Assembly (NCBI GenBank): GCA_025594325.1 | Contig: JANHCV010000005.1 | Coordinates: 744,001-808,000 of the forward strand | DNA: 64,000 nt | DNA from: Blastocladiella emersonii ATCC 22665 | Taxonomy: Eukaryota; Fungi; Blastocladiomycota | Direction: 5' to 3' | In this document: positions 59,406-64,000 of the stretch, in pieces | Layout of the letters: every line of letters starts with the position of its first letter | Position numbering within the stretch: the stretch's first letter is position 1 | Made by a program: the position numbers and the translations under genes | Notes under the pieces: model-generated | Database searches by the model: none | Seen by the model: only the letters and a program-made list of their open reading frames with translations | Told to the model about the DNA's origin: nothing

Positions 59406-60679
59406 ATGGCTGACTACACGATCCCGTCCGAGCTCCCGCCCATTCTCAAGGACCTCAGCCGCGAGGTGCTCCGCCACCAGCCCGCCGACCTCGTGCAGTT
59501 CTGCCACGACTACTTTGCCAAGCTCCTCGCCCAGCAGCGCAAGGTGCTCATGGACAGCGGTACGCTCTATCCCTCGGACCGCGCGCTTCACCCCCACTGA
59601 CGCGTTCCTACCCGCAAATAGCCGACCCCGCCACCAAGGCGACCATCGCGTCGACGGCCGGCCCCGCCGTGGACGCGGACGAGGCGGCGCGCGCCAACAG
59701 CTACGCGTACTCGACGGACGACGGGTTCGGGACCGAGGACGACGACGACGACGACGATGACGAGGACGACGAGGCGGCGATCCCGCCGCCCGTCGTGAAC
59801 CGCGGCCGGCGCACCTCGGTGTCGGCCGAGTCCATGGCGCCCACGGCGCACGACGTGGACGCGGTCAAGACGGTGATCCCCAAGTCGGACGAGCAGCGCG
59901 CGCGCATCCAGGCGTCGATCGGCAACAACTTTTTGTTCCGCAACCTCGACGAGGACCAGTACACGGACGTGGTCAACGCCATGGCCGAGAAGAAGGTCGC
60001 TGCGGGCGAGGTGGTGATCCGCCAGGGCGGCGTCGGCGACTACTTCTACGTGGTCGAGACGGGCGCCCTCGACGTGTTCGTCAACCGCAACGGCAACGGC
60101 GACGTCAAGGTCACCGACTACTCTGCCGGCGGCTCGTTCGGTGAGCTCGCCCTCATGTACAACGCGCCGCGCGCCGCCACCGTGGTCGCCACGGCCGAGT
60201 CGGTCCTGTGGGCGCTCGACCGCGTCACGTTCCGCCGCATCCTCATGGACCACACGTCGCGCAAGCGCCGCATGTACGAGGCGTTCCTCGAGGAGGTGCC
60301 GCTGCTGTCGTCGCTCGAGCCGTACGAGCGCCACAAGATCGCGGACGCGCTCGAGTCGGTCGCGTACGCGGACGGCGACGTGGTCATTCGCCAGGGCGAC
60401 GTGGGCGAGAACTTCTACATCATCGAGGCGGGCGACGCCGAGGTGATCAAGATCGACGAGAACGGCGAGGAGCACCACTTCCGCCCGCTGCACAAGGGCA
60501 ACTATTTCGGCGAGCTCGCGCTGCTCTCGGACAAGCCGCGCGTCGCCACGATCCGCGCCAAGGGCAAGCTCAAGTGCGCCACGCTCGGCAAGAAGGCCTT
60601 CACCCGGCTGCTCGGCCCGCTCGCCGACATCATGCAGAGAAACACCCAGGAGTACGAAAAGTATCCCGGCGAGCACTAA
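59406..60679 (+). CDS. PKAR: cAMP-dependent protein kinase regulatory subunit (type II-like)
   Basis: D/D domain MADYTIPSELPPILKDLSREVLRHQP, intron at 59560-59621, inhibitory site RRTSVSAE, and two CNB domains (FGELALMYNAPRAAT, FGELALLSDKPRVAT). Confidence 0.97.
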
Positions 60680-60815
60680 GTGCGCGCGGGGTCGCGTCGG
60701 TGTCGGTTTGTCCTGGTTACCCTACCATGCCCTGTCCCCCCCCTGTCCTTTGAGGCCACCTCTTTGTGATTTATCAGTTACGCAATGAATGAAGAAGATG
60801 TTTGAAATCTGACAA

Positions 60816-62031
60816 TCAACCCTTGTACTCGGTAAAGTTGCTGTGCCCCGAGACGAGGGCGTGCTCGAGCGCCGCGGCCTGCCCGCGCAGCCCGACGCCG
60901 CATTCGGCGCAGCTCAGCGTGAAGTTGGCCGTGTCCGTATACCGGTGCGCCTTGTGCAGCTGCCCCGCGAGCTGCACCGCCGACTCGAGCAGCTTCGTGC
61001 TCGCCACGGGGAACACGGTCGCGTCGAACTCGCGCGGCGATTCGAGTGACGGGGCGAGGCCGAGCGCGTCGTAGTGGATCGAGCTAGACGAAGGGGTTAG
61101 TGCGGGTGGGAGAGAGGGTGGGGATGGGAAGGACGGCGTACTTGTACACGACAAACGCGCGCTTGTCGTACTGGCCCTCGCCGAACCGGTCGATGCGCAT
61201 CGTCAGCACGTCGACCGAGCAGATCTCGGTCTGGAAGTGTTTTGCGAAGATGGCCAGCTCGATGGCGCCGCCTACAACCACACGCGTCAGCTTTCGCACG
61301 TCCAAACACTTCCGAACCGCGTCAACGAACCCCACGCCTGCGACTTGCTCAGCCACGCGCAGTACTCGTCGACGGGCCGTCCCAGCACCGCCTCCGTGTA
61401 CGTGTCCACGTTCTCCTTGATCGTCCGGACCGCCAGCATCCGCAGCTCGTGCGGCGTCATGGCGCCGCGCGTCACCACGTACGCGATGCTGTGGAACAAA
61501 CAGCTGTTGTCGTCGGGACTCTGCCGCAGGATCAGGTACCCGTCGTGGTCGGGAACGTGCACGAACTCGCCCAGTACCACGTCCGACGACGGGTTGAAGT
61601 CGGACGCGGCGGGGGTCGAGGGTTTTGGTGCAGCGGCGACGGGCGCAGGTGCGGGTGCAGGCGCGGGCGGCCCGATATCCGACGGCATCTCGACCGTCAG
61701 CTGCTCGCCGTCGGCCACGCACGCGGCCGCGAGCGTCCACGCGTCGTGCGCGGCGTCGAGCGACTTGGGCGGGTACCCGAACTTGACGCTGAGCCGCGCC
61801 GCCTGCGCGAACGGGTCGGCCTGGGCCGCCGAGGTTGGGGAGGGAGAGAGAGCGGACAGGTGCAGGTACACGGCGAGGCGCAGGTCGAACACGGTCGACG
61901 CGTCGCGGTTGAGCGAGGCGTCCGACAGGACCGATTGGCCGGCGCGGGTGCGGAGGCGGAAGCGCTACGCGGGCGGTGGCGGCGGGGTTAGAGGCCTGGC
62001 GGGGTTCATTGATATGCATGTGCTTTACCAT
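60816..62031 (-). CDS. OTU1: Ubiquitin thioesterase OTU1/YOD1
   Basis: ATG-only first exon and a UBX-like N-terminus. Catalytic DDNSCLF, WGGAIEL and GIHYDAL, with a C-terminal C2H2 finger (CAECG...HALVSGH). Confidence 0.92.
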
Positions 62032-62342
62032 TGTGACAGGCGTGTAGAGTTGAGAGGGTTGGAGGAGAGAGAAGGAGAGGCGGAGGGAGGAGGGGCGCGG
62101 CGGGTTTTGACCGTGGACGCGATGGCGACACGGCGATACGCCACACGACACGACATCGACGCGTCAGCACCGACCCGCCGCTGACTGAGCCACCACCCGC
62201 ACGTTCGAGAAGAAACGACCGTTCACATCAATGACGACTCGAATGACAAAAGGAAGACGGGAGCACAAAACGACAGGGTAGGTAGGTAGCGCGAAAAAGG
62301 CGGGGGCGAGGAGAGGCAATGAAGCAGCGACGATCGAAAAAC

Positions 62343-63269
62343 TTACTCGTCTCCGCCCTTCCAGTCCTTGGAGATCTTGAAGGACCAGTCCCACTCGAGG
62401 TGGACCTGGTTGTCGTCGTCGACAAACTTGCTGCGCACCTCGTACAGGCCACGCGCGAGCATGCCCGACGGCGCCTCCTCGGCGTGGAACTTCTTTTCGT
62501 AGATCTCGGCGTTCGGGCCGTACGAGCCCAGCATTTCCTCGACGCGGTCGACTACACGCGTGGCGTGGGTTAGGGTCGGGATGCGGGGAGGAGAGGGAGT
62601 GGTGGAGGTGGGGCGTACCGCGGATGCCCTTGCGCTTGACAACGTGCAGGTACTTGAGGCCCGACACGACGTCGTGCTGGATGCTACACGTTTGCGCGCG
62701 TCAGCGGTTCGATTGACGCGCGGTGGGACGAGAGCGGCGTACCGGAAGCGGATCTTGAGGCGGTACTCGGTGCCCTCCTTGATGCTCACGACCGTCTTGC
62801 GGACGGCCTCGACGTTGTCTACAAGTCGCGCGAAGATCAGATGCTGCGCGATGAGATTCACACGCGGTGACGACGAACCGGCAGTCGAGAGATCGAGCAC
62901 GACATCGTCGCGGTCCTTGACCTCCATGGCGAGGGCCAGGACAACGACCTTGCGGGGGTCGTCCGAGGGGTTCACTAGACAGCACACGCGCGTCAGGCAG
63001 GTCGCGGGAGCGATCGACGTGTCCGCATCGACTGCGTACCGGCCTTGGAAGCTACACACGGCGAACGGCGTGAGTCTCCATCGCATGAGGCGGATCGGCT
63101 CCCACGAAGTCGTACCGCCAATGCCGAGACTCTCCTTCCACTTGCGCAGCGACTCGTCCTCCTGGTCGAGCTGGGCGAGCTCCTCGACCGTCTTCTTGGC
63201 GGGCGCCTTGTACCCGGCGGTCTGCGTGGGCGCGAGCTCGTCCGTGGACGTGACAGCGTTATCGGCCAT
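62343..63269 (-). CDS. RDI1: Rho GDP-dissociation inhibitor
   Basis: KKTVEELAQLDQEDESLRKWKESL, SIKEGTEYRLKIRF, SGLKYLHVVKRKGI, EMLGSYGP and EEAPSGMLARG.Y. About four short introns. Confidence 0.95.
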   Translation of the reverse strand: MADNAVTSTDELAPTQTAGYKAPAKKTVEELAQLDQEDESLRKWKESLGIGGTTSWEPIRLMRWRLTPFAVCSFQGRYAVDADTSIAPATCLTRVCCLVNPSDDPRKVVVLALAMEVKDRDDVVLDLSTAGSSSPRVNLIAQHLIFARLVDNVEAVRKTVVSIKEGTEYRLKIRFRYAALVPPRVNRTADARKRVASSTTSCRASSTCTLSSARASAVRPTSTTPSPPRIPTLTHATRVVDRVEEMLGSYGPNAEIYEKKFHAEEAPSGMLARGLYEVRSKFVDDDNQVHLEWDWSFKISKDWKGGDE

Positions 63270-63816
63270 GATGATGGAGTTGTGGTGGGTGGTTGTAGCG
63301 GTCTTCTACTCGTGCGCAAGGCGAGCAGCGAGCCGTGGTGGTGGTGAGTGCCGATCCCTTGCGAGCTGGCGGGCACTGCGCGCGCGGCGCGTGCGAGTCC
63401 TCGCGGCCGCGGCCCTGGACCACGAGTGGGCGATCGCGCCGTCGCCGACAAGTAGAATGCATGGAAAGGAGGCGTCTGTACCTCGCGCCGGTCGAGGGTA
63501 GCAGGTCGGCGGCGGCGGGGAGGGAGAGAGGGGGCGGCGGCGCGAAGCGAACGGTGGCGGGGCCGTTCCGTTCCGCTCTCCGGCGAGCAACGCGCTGCTC
63601 GCGCCGCACGAGCGCGCCACTCATTTCAGTCACCTGAGGCACCCGCCACACGCATCGCTGCGGCTTCTGAACCGCGTCAACCGCGACCGCGACCTGCTTC
63701 CCTTGGTCGCTGGCCGTTCTCGCTCTCCCGCCCTCCTCATCGCTCCAAACTGCAACGCATCGCACCAAGCCGGACTTGCTGCACATTTATCCATCCTCCC
63801 ACGCAACAACAACAAC

Positions 63817-64000
63817 ATGGGTCTCGTTCTCTCCACGGGGCTCTCCGTGGGCTCCATGCTCGCCACGCAGGCCGCGTGCTGCTTCTCGAGCGGTGCGTCT
63901 TTGCGGCGTAAGCTCCATGGCATCGCGCACTCATCCCCATCCCTCTAGCGGCGTGCCGGTGCATCGGCAGCATCAACTGCGCGTCCTCGACGGCGACGCG
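63817..64000 (+). CDS. SERINC/Tms1 family membrane protein, 5' end (partial)
   Basis: MGLVLSTGLSVGSMLATQAACCFSS / AACRCIGSINCASSTAT, a Cys-rich N-terminus ending in SS.ATR as in SERINC proteins. Runs off the window. Confidence 0.75.

Overview
High-GC, compact, intron-containing eukaryotic DNA. Most introns are about 55-75 nt, with GTACG/GTGCG/GTATG donors, CTRAC branch points and YAG acceptors. The PKA regulatory subunit at 59406-60679 matches my recollection of the Blastocladiella emersonii protein almost throughout, so the source is very likely Blastocladiella or a close blastocladiomycete (zoosporic fungus). I can support about 37 protein-coding genes. Housekeeping genes: PPN1, DPH1, mitochondrial thioredoxin, NDUFC2-like, SPT4, MLYCD, eIF3m, a MAPR cytochrome-b5 protein, RVB1, RCC1, inhibitor-2, SUCLG1, PEX5, HAUS1, WDR6, PTAR1, PKA-R, OTU1, RhoGDI and SERINC. 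Cilia-associated genes: CDK20 and LRRC46. There are also several lineage-specific surface or secreted proteins. The most unusual content is: (1) two related secreted Pro/Thr/Tyr repeat proteins 5.5 kb apart, one with a CAP domain and a Lys-rich region and the other with two acidic six-cysteine ladders, which share repeat modules, YxY motifs, the C-terminal SFY and the first 3'UTR bases; (2) a receptor-like protein joining Cys-rich modules and plant-type LRRs to a multipass membrane domain; (3) a myristoylated calcineurin-B-like EF-hand protein with a CAP-Gly domain inserted between its EF hands; (4) a decayed DIRS/Ngaro-type gag next to a decayed copy of the CDK20 promoter and 5' end; (5) a head-to-head pair of bacterial-type genes (nitronate monooxygenase and DUF4149). 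All family assignments come from motif recognition by eye; no database search was run, and exon boundaries are inferred.
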